DNA of 63,174 nt, counting the filler, from Octopus bimaculoides (lineage: Eukaryota): assembly GCF_001194135.2 (NCBI RefSeq). It is 6 parts of 6 records of this genome, joined end to end, with 100 filler letters (N's around TTAATTAATTAA, not from the genome) between each part and the next. Parts side by side here need not be neighbours in the genome. Positions count along the whole stretch, not along the records: positions 44,152 to 55,663 come from NC_068989.1; positions 55,764 to 63,174 come from NC_068982.1; 4 more parts are not named here. One strand, written 5' to 3'. Shown one piece after another: positions 49,575-63,174 of this stretch (its first letter is position 1; every line of letters begins with the position of its first letter). The position numbers and the translations under genes are program-made. Under the pieces are notes generated by a model. That model saw only the letters and a program-made list of their open reading frames with translations, was not told the DNA's origin and did no database searches.

Positions 49575-50766
49575 CGTGTGTGCGTGCGCGCGCGCATGTA
49601 TGAGATTTGTCTGTTGTGTAGGTAGTATGTACGAATTGTACGAGGCATATGAGGCTAGAGGATGGAGTTTATGAAGATATCCTCGTATTGAAGTCATTAA
49701 CCGAATGTTTGCAACAGTGAGGTCTCTGCTAAAGGCAATAAGGGATCCAGCTGGCGATAACTAAAGCGAACAATTAAATCTACTAGTCAAGCAGTTAATG
49801 GTACGATTTGAACTCATAACAGAGAAAGACAGGATAAATATTACAATGTCTTCTGTCAGTCTACTACCTATGAGTGGCACTTTGTTATCGACTTCGAAAA
49901 CGAAACACTCAAAGTTGACCTCAGTGACATTTCAACTAGAAAGGCAAAGAGTGTTTACCCTGCTCCAGTAACATACATAAAGGGCCACAACTTCACCCCG
50001 TTCCTGCCTTATTATCTAAAGTCAATGGCGTCGATAAATCGTTGAGACTTTCAAGGTTACCTCTTATCGGAAAAGGTCAACAAATTGTTTATATTTCTCA
50101 CACATTACTTGAAGCAATGAATACACATAAACATGCATACATACGTACGTCACATACATACATACATACAGTCGGATATATATNNNNNNNNNNNNNNNNN
50201 NNNNNNNNNNNNNNNNNNNNNNNNNNNNNNNNNNNNNNNNNNNNNNNNNNNNNNNNNNNNNNNNNNNNNNNNNNNNNNNNNNNNNNNNNNNNNNNNNNNN
50301 NNNNNNNNNNNNNNNNNNNNNNNNNNNNNNNNNNNNNNNNNNNNNNNNNNNNNNNNNNNNNNNNNNNNNNNNNNNNNNNNNNNNNNNNNNNNNNNNNNNN
50401 NNNNNNNNNNNNNNNNNNNNNNNNNNNNNNNNNNNNNNNNNNNNNNNNNNNNNNNNNNNNNNNNNNNNNNNNNNNNNNNNNNNNNNNNNNNNNNNNNNNN
50501 NNNNNNNNNNNNNNNNNNNNNNNNNNNNNNNNNNNNNNNNNNNNNNNNNNNNNNNNNNNNNNNNNNNNNNNNNNNNNNNNNNNNNNNNNNNNNNNNNNNN
50601 NNNNNNNNNNNNNNNNNNNNNNNNNNNNNNNNNNNNNNNNNNNNNNNNNNNNNNNNNNNNNNNNNNNNNNNNNNNNNNNNNNNNNNNNNNNNNNNNNNNN
50701 NNNNNNNNNNNNNNNNNNNNNNNNNNNNNNNNNNNNNNNNNNNNNNNNNNNNNNNNNNNNNNNNNN

Positions 50767-50835
<69 letters not shown>

Positions 50836-52221
50836 TATCAGCTGCACATACCTTGATGTCTCATAATTGGCCATGCCAGGTTTTCACACAGATGAAAAGA
50901 AGTAAATAGTAATTCCCTCACATGTAAAACAATCCTCATCTCTCAAAATAGTGAACAAGGAAAAGAAATAAACACCAAAAATATATATCAAAATGAAATT
51001 TACTTGCGTTAATTGATACATGCTCTTTCCCCGGTGACAAAACCTATACAAGTTTATGTTGGCTTTAATCTATGCGTTGTGTGCATGAATTTGTTGACAC
51101 AGAAATATGTTATATTAGCAACACTATCGTTGATTACATTGGAATATTGGTCGCACAAATTTTGCTCGTGTGATCCGATATACTGCAGGACTGCAAGCAA
51201 TTCGGGTCAAGATAACACGGTCCTAATACAAAACCCAATAATTTAAAAATGAAAAGTAAGAAAAGTTTTACACCACATTCGAAAGTAAATAACAAAAAAA
51301 ATATCTGAACGGAAAGTTAAATACATACATACATACGCGATTTTGTATATTTGTGTCTGTGCGCGCGCGACTGTATGTGTATATTATGTATGTATGTATG
51401 TATGTTTGTATGTATGTATGTATGTACGTAGGTTTATATGTATGCATACCAGCAGTGCAATCAAAGACACACACCTGATGACGTGCCAGTAAACACTTAC
51501 TGCTGGATCATTTCTAATTTTGTTATTTGTTTTTTTTATAACATTTTCTGTAATACTATGAAGCGGAAACTCAGCAAATAACTATTGTTGCCATTGCACA
51601 GAAACAGTTGTTGCAATTTGTAATTAAAGCCTCTCCGTTCCACCTTATTTCATAAATTTATATACATATATCATTTAATAATATACCTAATTTACAAGAT
51701 AACTCTGTTATATTATTCTACACAAACTAGATTAATTATGATTTCTTACAGACAAAGGTAACGAAGATATTTTTGCGTTTTTTTTTGTACATTTTCTTAT
51801 GTTATTTTTTCCTTTACTTTTATTTCTCATTTTTTTCGCATAAACCAACATCCTGGATTTCAAGAACATTTAACGACATTGCTTGCAGATACATGGCATC
51901 TTATATAAATCTCCCAAATTCTTGTATCTTTAAAGCCTGAAACTATTGGTAGCTCTTTTGTATATTGTGTAGATTAAATGATCAGGCCTTGTACCTGTCA
52001 CAAAAATAACTTGTTGCTGCAGGAGTGGAAGTGGCGGCGGCGGCGGCGGCGGTGGTGGTGGTGGTGGTGGTTTTGGTAGTAGTAGTGGTGGTGAGAAGAG
52101 GTGGATGAGGGAAAAGTAGGGAGAGGGGAATGAGGAGGGAGAGGGGAAGAGGTGGAGGGGCAGCAGAAGCAGAAGCAGGCTTTGTGGTGATGATAATGAC
52201 GGTGGAGGTAATGGCGATATT

Positions 52222-52337
52222 TATGAGGATGAAAGGCAAAGTCGACCTCGGCGGAATTTGAACTCAGAACGTTGCGGCGGGCGAAATGCCGCTAAGCATT
52301 TTGCCCGACATTCTAACGATTCTGCCAGCTCGCCGCC

Positions 52338-52340
<3 letters not shown>
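52222..52340 (-). mobile_element. SINE family B, 5' half, abutting (AAT)n
   Basis: Reverse complement of head GGCGGCGAGCTGGCAGAATCGTTAG through CATCCT. Confidence 0.9.
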
Positions 52341-52410
<70 letters not shown>

Positions 52411-52730
52411 TATTGCTGATGACGATGTTGATAATGATGATGTCGAAGCTAGTGAGTATCTCAGTGACGCAAATGATTCAAATGATGATGGTACCAAGAA
52501 AAATGGCTGTCAAATGTATGCTGACGTCAAACGAAATGTCAAACTCACGATCACTCTCTCTCACTCTCTTACTTCCTCTATATATTTATCTCTACCTCTC
52601 ACATTCTCTCTCTCCCTTTCTCTCTCTTTCTCTTACACACACAAATACAAACATACACATACATACATACACACATACACACACACGTACATTGAAGCAC
52701 ATATATGTGTATGGTTGACGCGCGTGTGTT

Positions 52731-52787
<57 letters not shown>

Positions 52788-52947
52788 TTGTATGTTTGTG
52801 TGTGTGTGTGTCTGCGCCTAGAAGGAGATGATAATATGTATGTCTATGTATAGACATGATAAAAATATATATACCTATATAAATATAGACAATATATATT
52901 TATACCTATGCACATATATTTATATGTATATATGTGTGTGTGTATGT

Positions 52948-52992
<45 letters not shown>

Positions 52993-53604
52993 CGTGTGTA
53001 TGTGTGCGTATGTATATAAATATATATATATATATATATANNNNNNNNNNNNNNNNNNNNNNNNNNNNNNNNNNNNNNNNNNNNNNNNNNNNNNNNNNNN
53101 NNNNNNNNNNNNNNNNNNNNNNNNNNNNNNTGTGTGTGTGTGTGTATATATGTGTATATATATATATATATGTGTGTATAAGTATGTATGTATGTATGTA
53201 TGTATAATGTTGCAATGAAGCGGTTGGCACCTCCCTTTTCCAATGTTTTCCTTTTATGTTCTGCCATTAAGCTTATACAACAAAACGCATAATTACTTAT
53301 GTTTTGTTTGTTGGTTATTTATCCTCGTTCCTCACGAGCTGTACAATCTGCCATTTCTCAGTGTGTGTGTGTGTGTGTGTTTACATGCGCGAGTGCATGT
53401 ATATCAAGTATGTGTGTGTGTGTTTATGTGTGCGTAAGTATATTTTGGTTGTGTTGCGGTAGAAAATCAAGAGAAATGGAAGAATGGAATCAAATATCTC
53501 AGTATATATAGTGTTCTTTTCTTCCTAAAAGTCCGATGATATATAAAGCAGTTATATGACAAGTATTGAAGTATTTTAATGCTTAAGAAGAAGAAAAAGA
53601 AAAA

Positions 53605-53636
53605 TAACGTTTCGGACGTTAGTCTTTCGTCAAAAA
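53605..53636 (-). ncRNA. Minimal HHR-like motif (PLE type)
   Basis: TTGACGA-A-AGAC-taac-GTCC-GAAACGTT; C3 replaced by U. Related to the decayed motif at 13743-13772. Confidence 0.5.
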
Positions 53637-54399
53637 ATAAAGGAATAGTAAAATGTAGGGGGGAAATTGATAAAAGATTAATAAAATATTGTGGAAAAAC
53701 TCAAAATGAATGAGAAAAGATGATTCAAAATAAATTGAATATAATAATGATAAAGTTTATAAAAATGTATGTGTGTGTTCAAGTACGAATAAATGTGTTT
53801 ATACATAAAAGGTATGGCTGGAAATGAGACAGTCGGTGTCTTGTATCTCCAAAATAGAGAGTAACACAATCTCTTGGAAAAAATACAAACAACATAAATA
53901 ATGTGTGATATGACACTACTAAGAATTGTAAAATTATTCTAATTATTTTTGTTGATCTTGTTACATGTGTTTGTGACTATTAACTCGGTTGGGTTAATAT
54001 GCACAGCATTAGATAAAATCTCTTTAAGTTTGAGTGCAACGGTTCACTGCACTTGTTCTACTGCACCAATTCCGCTATGCTCCATTGCAATGGTTTTTCG
54101 TACATACATCCATACATACATTTATATGTATATACATATACATCGCTGCTAATACCACTGCTGCTACTGCTGTTGCTTCTACTGCTACGATTTTTGCTGC
54201 CTTTGCTACTACTGCTATTATTAATGCCATTACTGCTGCTACTGTTACTACTACTACTACTGCTGCTGCTACTAACAGCGGCAGCATTATGATCATTATT
54301 CACAAAATATCAATTAATAATGACAGGAGCACTAATGGCGTCTGAAACTCCACCCACAAATACATTTTTCTTCAACCATAATTCCTTCGCGACGATGAC

Positions 54400-54439
<40 letters not shown>

Positions 54440-55077
54440 ACGACATATGACAACGACGGTGACGATGGTGGTGGAGGTGGAGGTGGAGGCGGCGGCGGTG
54501 GTGCCGATGACCGCCACCTCTGCTACTACCTCCTTGAAACACACATTTTCACATAAACACTCACACACACACAACTATCCTATTGTGTTACTTTATTGTC
54601 CTCCGAGTGAAAATAAAGACTCTTTTGCATACGATTACGAGCACACTACACACACACACATATACATATACATATATATAAATACATATATATATATATA
54701 TATATTTATTTACACACACATTTGTGTGTGTATCTGTGTGGTAATTATAAACATATATGTACCTATATGTCTATTGCATACATACATACACACACACACA
54801 CACACATACACAGGCACGCACATGTTAAACAGTAATGTATTATCCTTAATGGAACTCAGCGGTCAGCCAGTCTAGCTACACAATCGCATAACCGGCCTGT
54901 GATAATATTACCGCCGCTGCCGACGTCGCCGCCAACCTCATTACCACCACCACCACCACCATCATCAACCACTACTCCACCGGTAATTTTAGCTGATGCA
55001 ACGCCTGCTGGGTAATTAATATTAAATAATCAACAGTTGAAATGTTTTAGATTTCCAACAACAACAGTCTCCATTAT

Positions 55078-55175
55078 TGTAGAAGAAGAAGAAGAAGAAG
55101 AAGAAGAAGAAGAAGAAGAAGAAGAAGAAGAAGAAGAAGAAGAAGAAGAAGAAGAAGAAGAAGAAGAAGAAGAAA
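55078..55175. repeat. (GAA)n microsatellite
   Basis: Directly visible. Confidence 0.95.
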
Positions 55176-55917
55176 GTGATGATGATGATGATGACGACGT
55201 CGATAGCAACAATAACATCAGCGACAATAATGACACCGAAATGGGATTAAATAAAAGAGAAAAAAAAATTTGAATCACTTCGCAAAATGAATTGAGAAAC
55301 AAATACAACGACTATGATGATGATGATGATGATGACGGTGGTCGTGATGGTTGTGGTTTAAAGAAGGAGAAAGAGGGCGGAGAAGAAGAAGAAGAAGAAG
55401 AAGAAGAAGAAGAAGAATAGGAATTAGATAACGAAGACAGCGACAGAGATCGTCTTTGTCATAAAAAGAACCCCCGCCCCCAACCATCTCTTCCGTAAAA
55501 ACAAAATGAAAACAAACAATAAAGTAATTAAAATAAACAAAAAAAAAAAAAGAATTAGAGATAAATTTTTATCACAAGACCCGGATGTAAACTTGATTAG
55601 GAGATTTAGTATGCTTGTGTGTATATGTCTGAGGGCGCGTATGTGTGTGTGTGTGTGTGTATGNNNNNNNNNNNNNNNNNNNNNNNNNNNNNNNNNNNNN
55701 NNNNNNNTTAATTAATTAANNNNNNNNNNNNNNNNNNNNNNNNNNNNNNNNNNNNNNNNNNNNATATACATATATATATATATATGTATATATACACACA
55801 CACACACACACATTCTTTTTGAAGAATAGTATTGACAGTGGTTTCGAAGCCATCCTCGGATTATATGGTGTGATCTTTGAGACTAATGTAAAACTGTTTT
55901 TATTAAACATAAATAAA

Positions 55918-56108
55918 GACGGCGAGCTGGCAGAATCGTTAGCACGCCGGGCAAAATGCTAAGCGGCATTTCAAATTCCACCGAGGTAGACTTTACCTTT
56001 GTTCCTTTCGGGTCGATAAATTAATTACCAGTTACGCACTGGAATCGTTGTAATCGACTAGTCTCCTCCCCAAAATTTCAGGCCTTGTGCCTGTAGTAGA
56101 AAAGATTA
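55918..56108 (+). mobile_element. SINE family B with internal deletion
   Basis: GGCGAGCTGGCAGAATCGTTAGCACGCCGGG head and GGCCTTGTGCCTGTAGTAGAAAAGATTAT tail. Confidence 0.9.
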
Positions 56109-56159
56109 TAGTTAAATATAAAAACAAACATTAATATGTACATATATATATATATAAGC

Positions 56160-56700
56160 ATTTTGAGGAAAAATATGATTAATCAGAAATTCTCTCTCAA
56201 AGTTAAGGTTAGCACGTAGAAGAGCTCAAGAAGAACTTGAGACAAAAGTTAAAAATATATAATATGAAGAAATGTAAGACCAGGTAATTTAATCCACAAA
56301 CACGACTCCGATTTCAGATGACTTTAAAAAACAACTATGTACATGATACATTAAAAATATATAAATACATAGACATTTTTAAAAAATCAATCAATAAATA
56401 AATAGATCAAAAATATATATTTAAGTTAATAAATCCTAAAAAAATTTTTAGATGCAAACATATATATTAAGACATACATGTTTACCTAAATATATTGAAG
56501 CAAGTCTGAAGTAGTGGTGAAAACGAAATAAAAGATACAAGGAGAACAGAAATTAAAAGTCAGGATAGTTAAGAATAGTTAAAATAGGGAGACAACGGCC
56601 GTTTCTAGAAGTAAATAAATAAGAGGATATAGTACCCGTTATTTAGCAATTCCTCCTTCTTCAGGGTAACAGGTTTTTACATTTGCAAGTTGACAAATAT
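56160..56700 (-). mobile_element. AT-rich probable PLE terminal repeat with HHR-like motif
   Basis: Minus strand CTGAAGA-AGGAGG...GAAAC-GGCC-GTT at 56664-56594. The PLE assignment is inferred from this motif. Confidence 0.4.
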
Positions 56701-56730
56701 ACATCTTAGATATTAAAACGGAAAATGTGT

Positions 56731-56819
<89 letters not shown>

Positions 56820-56820
<1 letters not shown>

Positions 56821-56990
56821 CAGTACGTCCTCATTTTGTGCCAAAACGGCTCGACCGATTTTTCTTAAACTTCACAGGACAGGCACATTGCTTATGTGTC
56901 TAGGGAGGTTTTAAGTATAAATTGATTTCAAAAAAATATCCGGGTAAACGGCGGGAGGAATAACATTTGGGCGTGAGTGAAGGTGGGAGA
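56820..56990 (+). mobile_element. Possible Helentron/DINE-1-like non-autonomous fragment
   Basis: (GT)n followed by AAAACGGCTCGACCGATTTTTCTTAAACTT, resembling the HINE/DINE-1 core. Confidence 0.35.
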
Positions 56991-57816
56991 AATTATTTTT
57001 AAGCTTCCAAGGGAAATAACCCTTTCCCTCCTGGAAATAACCACTAAAGGAAATAATCCACTCATTTTCAGTATGCTTATTTCTTAGTATTTTAACTATT
57101 TTAGTTATTTTCTCAATTTATCCAATACAACACTTAAACAAGTAAATAGTATTCTCCTAAACAATAGATTCACTTATTTCGGTTAGTGACTTATTCACGA
57201 ATATACCAACACTACCGCTGCTGAGGGTAATATTCTCTGGGAACACACAAAAGCTTTTTTTCACACTTCATTACTTTGAATTGTTATTATCTCATATCTG
57301 ATTAGCTTGTTATTACGTAACATGTTTCACGAATTCATTATACATACCTTATTATTATTTTCTCCTAAAATCTATATACTCTGGGAATGCATTAAAGCCC
57401 TTTTCGGGGCTACTTTATTTGAATTCTTATTATAGGGTAATTAATTTCATGTTATTACATAACCGACTTCACAATTTGGGTATTCATAACTTATTAGGAA
57501 TTCCTAAAAACAAAATCCTTTGTAAGATAGTTTGGTATTCTCAATAAATACACAAAAACCGTTTTAAGGGCTACATACTTCTAATTGTTGTTACTGGATT
57601 AGCGAAACAATTATGAGAACGGAACCAAGGAATAAGCCCGCTTTTCAGGGAATTACCTGGTATGTCAGCTACTATATAAATATATATATATATATATACT
57701 TTGGGTATGGTAGATGAGTTCAGCAAAAATTTAGATTCAGAAGAATATGGTACTTAAATTGAGGCACCAAAATTTAGTACGGTATTATCCATACAATTTC
57801 AAAGTAAGATAATTAA

Positions 57817-58604
57817 AATCAAAATAAGTAACATGGATATCCAGAGGTAATGCAGTATGTTCGTTTCATGCAACTCCATTTAACTGAACAATGCAATCAT
57901 TACATCAATTTAAAATGCAGAGCAATCTTCAGCTGCACAGACATAGAATTTAATTAAATTATAACATTAGTATAATTATACCTAAAATCTCCAAGAAGTT
58001 AAGGAGATAGGCAAAGAACATGTTGTTTCACTCCAGTTTAGAAATAACTGGATTTTCAAGAAGATATACAAGTTACAGACTCTGCCTGTCACTGATTTTT
58101 TGTTTTTATGGGGTCAGTTTTAATTTATAGAGTAGTTTATCAAATCACTTGTATATCTAAGGCTGAGAGGACAGAGGGCAATATGTATTAGGGGTAGGGC
58201 TGAAGAAGCAACCAAACATCATAGTTTGTATAGTCATAAAAATAAAGATTTATTAGAAGCAATATCGTGAGGTCTGGTAAAGGAAAACTTAAAAGAAGAT
58301 GTTAGCTGATAATTGAGCGGGTCACCCACTAGCAGACCATTGATAATAAAACAGGGGAAGTCTTATCATGTAGTACTATAGTTAAATATTTTAAACAATA
58401 TTGCTATATTGTATACAGTTAAAGTTTAGGGTTATTCAATGTTCATCCGTTCATCTGTTCTAATTTAATTAAATTCTATGTCCTTGTGCAGCTGAAGATT
58501 GCTCTGCATTTTAAATTGATGTAATGATTGCGTTGTTCAATTAAATGGAGCTGCATGAAACGATCGTACTGCATTAACTCTGGATATCCTTGTTGCTTAT
58601 TTTG

Positions 58605-58607
<3 letters not shown>
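57817..58607. repeat. Long inverted repeat: ~150-bp arms (57817-57965, 58457-58607) around a ~490-bp spacer
   Basis: Arms are reverse complements with few mismatches, e.g. GGATATCCAGAG.TAATGCAG...ATCTTCAGCTGCACA vs TGTGCAGCTGAAGAT...CTGCATTA.CTCTGGATATCC. Confidence 0.9.
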
Positions 58608-58639
<32 letters not shown>

Positions 58640-58645
<6 letters not shown>

Positions 58646-58765
58646 TCTCTCCTTGTTTCTTTCTGTGTTACTTTCTGTGGAAGAGCGTAGGCTCGAAACG
58701 TTAAAGACTTTTCAATTCCCGAGCGTTATACTAATATATCTGCTTGTTTTCTACACCACCTGTCT
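58640..58765 (+). mobile_element. PLE 3'-end fragment with HHR-like motif
   Basis: CTTT / CTGTGGA-A-GAGC-gtag-GCTC-GAAACGTT / AAAG; homologous to 25040-25165. Confidence 0.65.
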
Positions 58766-60189
58766 AGCAGTATGGTAGAGGATTGATAAAGTCACTAACG
58801 AAACGACATATAAGATTAAGTCTCAAAACTGTCATATTATCCTGTTCGGAGTACATGATGGAAATCAGAGTTTTTGCTGCCCCTCCCTGTTCGTGTTTGC
58901 TTAAGATAGTTGATACCTCACACTAGCAATGTATTTATTTTTCATAATCAGGTTCTAGAAATAAATTAAACGCTCATATTGCGCTGCGTTCTCAGTAATC
59001 TGATTTAACATTTATGTTTCTAAAAAAACGATCCAGGCAAGGGCAAAAACCTTCGTTTTCGTCCTTATGATGTTACTAAGGCCTTTGTTGGGCAATCCAC
59101 ATTCGAAGACAAGACTGCAATTAGATTTTCTCTACTTACCGGAAACCCAAGTTATTTAAATCATATGTGAGAAGGGTTTTTTTTTCTGCTGCAGCGTGTG
59201 TTATCTAGAAGAAATTATTGAACCAAGTGACTCGCTCTGGTAAGCACAAGTAAATGATATTAACAGTAACTGCTTTGAAATTATCGTTAAATTCACCGAT
59301 TTAGACATTTACCTGCTGCCCAAATTAAACGACTGAAAATATGTAATTACAAAATACCTAATATTTTAGATTTACGCAACGAATATCTTGTATTTCATTG
59401 TATTCCAATAGTAAAAGCTTTAAAGCTTTGCGAAAAAAATGATCGATTTTTTCAGTTTAAACAGCATAGTTTTCAGTCATACAGTATTGCGTGCTTCCAA
59501 CAAATTATTATCCCTTTTATTCCATGTATAACTGTTTCGGGCAACCGATATATTTTGTTTATGAACTCTTTGTATACGTTTGTGGCATGACTATGCGTAT
59601 TTGTTTATAAGTGTTTGTGGCACGTCTATGTGTGTGTATATGTGTGTATTGACTAATTAAAAAACCGAACATATTTTTCGAATCTACGAAAGAAACATGC
59701 TTTCTACTGATTTCCTCAGATTTTCTAACAACGGAAGTAGCACACAGACACAAAAAAGGAAACTGCCGTCACATAGGAACCATAATTTTTTTAGGGTTTA
59801 TTTTTAACCACCTAAGTCGGAAAGTGCCACCGAAAATGGGAAATTTTATTCTCTTGCGAACGAAAATTAATCTCGATTGAATTGCTTCCCTAATTCCCAG
59901 TGGCGCATATCACTATTACAGCACTTGCAGTAAATCACAACAGCAGTCTCCAATAATTTCCATCATTGGCTCGTCCAATGAGGAACAAGTTTAACAACAA
60001 CTTGTAAGGATTCACATTTCAAACCGAATGCGAAACTCTGAGTGATTAAGTGCGTGACTTCGTGCCTATGAATCTCCGAATAAGTCATCAGCTGCTCACT
60101 GTGTGTGTGTGTGTGTGTGTATACATGTAAATATATNNNNNNNNNNGTGTGTGTGTGTGTGTGTGTGAATGAAAATATACTTGTTCTCC

Positions 60190-60395
60190 GTCATAAGTAT
60201 AAGGCTGTAGAATTGTTAATGCGTCGGACATGTGTAGTGGAATTTCTTCTGGCTCTTTGCGTTGCGAGTACAGAGCCCACCGAAGTCAACTTTGCCTTTC
60301 ATCCTTTCGGAGATGAAAACAGCAGTTAAGCACTGGGGTTGATCTGGTCGATTTACCCGCTGCCATGTGCCAATATTTGAAACCGTTATAAGTAG
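60190..60395 (+). mobile_element. SINE family B, diverged
   Basis: GAAGTCAACTTTGCCTTTCATCCTTTCGGAG...CACTGGGGTTGAT. Confidence 0.75.
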
Positions 60396-60794
60396 TTATA
60401 TGAATAAACGACTGCTAATACAAACTGCAAACAACAATACAATAAAGCTAGCTGTTAACCAGTTCTTTTGCAACAAGAGACCTGATTGGCTGGTTGATTT
60501 ATCTGCATCATTATACATCTGCACATATATACAAATATGGACAGTACATTCAATGATAATGTCAAATGGAGAATCAATATATCCTGTTACCCTTCACAAT
60601 ATCAATGGCTTTCCTCTCTGACTGCCACCAGCTCGGTTTTTCACTGTTTCTACAATGCCAGCAGATAAAACCTTGTCTCAAAATGAGAATGTTTGGTTTA
60701 AATCACATAAAGAGTAGAATGACATCAAAGATGTTTAGCTCAAGCGCAATTATTGATCCTTAGAAGCACTAACAAACACATGCCTTTACACACG

Positions 60795-60833
<39 letters not shown>

Positions 60834-61038
60834 TATATCTTACACACAGGCATATATACAAATACAATACATTCAGCTAACGTAATTATATATGGCTATG
60901 CACAAATCAAATTTCTTCTAACACACACACAAACACACACACGTAGCCTCGCGCACACACATATATATATATACATATTTTTATACAGGGATGCATATAT
61001 ATATGCACACAAACACAGGCATACACCCAAATACATAC

Positions 61039-61085
<47 letters not shown>

Positions 61086-61491
61086 AACATGCATGTTCTC
61101 ATACATAGCAACGCAAATGAACATATACAAGCATACATATATATATATATATATATGCACACATACATACATACATACATACATACATACATACATACAT
61201 ACATACAACTACTAAATAATTTTCTTCCCCATTCCTTTCCACTTTCGATCTGGACAGACCTGAAGGAAGTTTTCATTATAGATTAGGATGTGAAGAATTT
61301 CAAAGATAAGAAGCTTAAAGTGTGCCAGACAATCCCATTGGTGGTTCGGCAGAGAATCAATCAAAAGGCAAAAACCTTGATTACAATAATTAATCGATAA
61401 CTGAATTATAGAGTGGATTTATACATGCATATGCAACATGTGTATATATGTATGTATATATATATATTACACGTGTATATATATATTACAC

Positions 61492-61537
<46 letters not shown>

Positions 61538-61831
61538 ATATATCCATATATTTGTTTACATATATATGCGTGTGTGCGTGTGCATACTCATAAAAGAAAC
61601 ACACATATTGTGTATGTATACATATATATNNNNNNNNNNNNNNNNNNNNNNNNNNNNNNNNNNNNNNNNNNNNNNNNNNNNNNNNNNNNNNNNNNNNNNN
61701 NNNNNNNNNNNNNNNNNNNNNNNNNNNNNNNNNNNNNNNNNNNNNNNNNNNNNNNNNNNNNNNNNNNNNNNNNNNNNNNNNNNNNNNNNNNNNNNNNNNN
61801 NNNNNNNNNNNNNNNNNNNNNNNNNNNNNNN

Positions 61832-61868
<37 letters not shown>

Positions 61869-61954
61869 CACAAATTCTATTTATATGTATGTATGCATGC
61901 GCATAGTATGTATATATGCAGAGTGTGTGTGAGAGAGAGAGAATCAGGGTGAAA

Positions 61955-61994
<40 letters not shown>

Positions 61995-62103
61995 AAAAGA
62001 AAAATCGTGTTTCGACTGATTAAAAGCTTTAACTCCCATAATTGAGTAAATATTCCATATAACATGTAGAAGACCTGTAGAGTTGAGTTTTAAAGAATAC
62101 CTT

Positions 62104-62134
<31 letters not shown>

Positions 62135-62411
62135 TTGTGTGTGTATGTGCGCGCGTGAGTGTTTGTGTGTGCGCGCGCATTCATGCATGTGTGTATGTGT
62201 GAATGTATGTATTTATGCATGTATATGTTTGTGTGTTTGTGTGTATATGTTTGTACAAAGGCATATAGTTTCTTAAGTTTACGTATATATCTATAGAACT
62301 ATTTATTTGCACACGTGCATACGTGTGTATGCGTGTGTATGTATGTATGAATATGCATTTGGACATGTATATGCAAGTATATGTGTGTGTGTGTGTGCGT
62401 TTGTGTGTATG

Positions 62412-62464
<53 letters not shown>

Positions 62465-63174
62465 ACGCGTGAAGGTAATGTCCGAATGTTAGCGTGTCTG
62501 CAATTAGAACTAACCTAAAGTCGAGACCAATCTGCCGACGTAAAGAAACAATAATTACATTGTACATTTATCATAAAGAATTTTAAAAACTATGCAACTC
62601 CAAAGATGAAAGAACTTGTTATAATATTTTTATATTGTAAAAGTCTTTCATCTTTGTTTTTCGAAATCCTATTTACGATCGCTTATTTTATGTGAAAGAC
62701 AAATTTATTCAGAACGAAGTCTCTCCTGTTTCTCCGCGATCATTTCATTCACAACACAGCCGATCCCACTGAAAATGATTCGTGATGAAAATGTAACAAC
62801 GTTTTTTCTCAATGTACATTAAACTGTAATCTCTCTCTCTCTCTCTATTTCTCTCTCTCTCTCTCTCCCTCTCTCTCTCTCCCTCTCTTTCTCTCTCTCT
62901 CTCTATCTATCTATCTCTTTCGCTCTTTCTTTCTCTCTCTCTTTCCTTCTCTCCTTCTCTCAATGTACATTAAAGTGTAATTTATTTATTCTCTCTCTTT
63001 CTTTCTCTCTCTCCCCTCTCTCTCTTTCTTTCTCCCTCCCCTCTCTCTCACACTACATTTTTTCAAGTGTCACGTCTGCGGGCGCTCGTGGTCACGGACT
63101 ACGTTTGAAAATTCATTATTTTTCTTGAAAAAACATGAATCAGCGGTTTCTTGTTGTCTTCTGTCAATATATTT

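Overview
AT-rich, repeat-saturated animal DNA with many N gaps; no host protein-coding exon, rRNA, true tRNA or CRISPR array could be recognised. The SINE families and microsatellite density look like an Octopus genome (inference from recalled repeat families, not a database search). Contents: three tRNA-derived SINE families (over 20 copies); decayed mariner and pogo DNA transposons; non-LTR retrotransposon pieces (RTE, Tx1/L1, R4/Dong-type RLE); an apparent ORF1-only (HAL1-like) element; and several Penelope-like element (PLE) remnants. The most interesting unexplained signal is a set of about ten small type I hammerhead-ribozyme (HHR) motifs on both strands, mostly at PLE 3' ends. One has an intact catalytic core (33113-33157, minus), one is a single base from canonical (21488-21536, plus), and three copies of one family share a non-canonical U at core position 6. 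Several retroelements also sit inside specific microsatellites (GATA, CATA, ATT), suggesting target preference. Structures were paired by eye and repeat boundaries are approximate.
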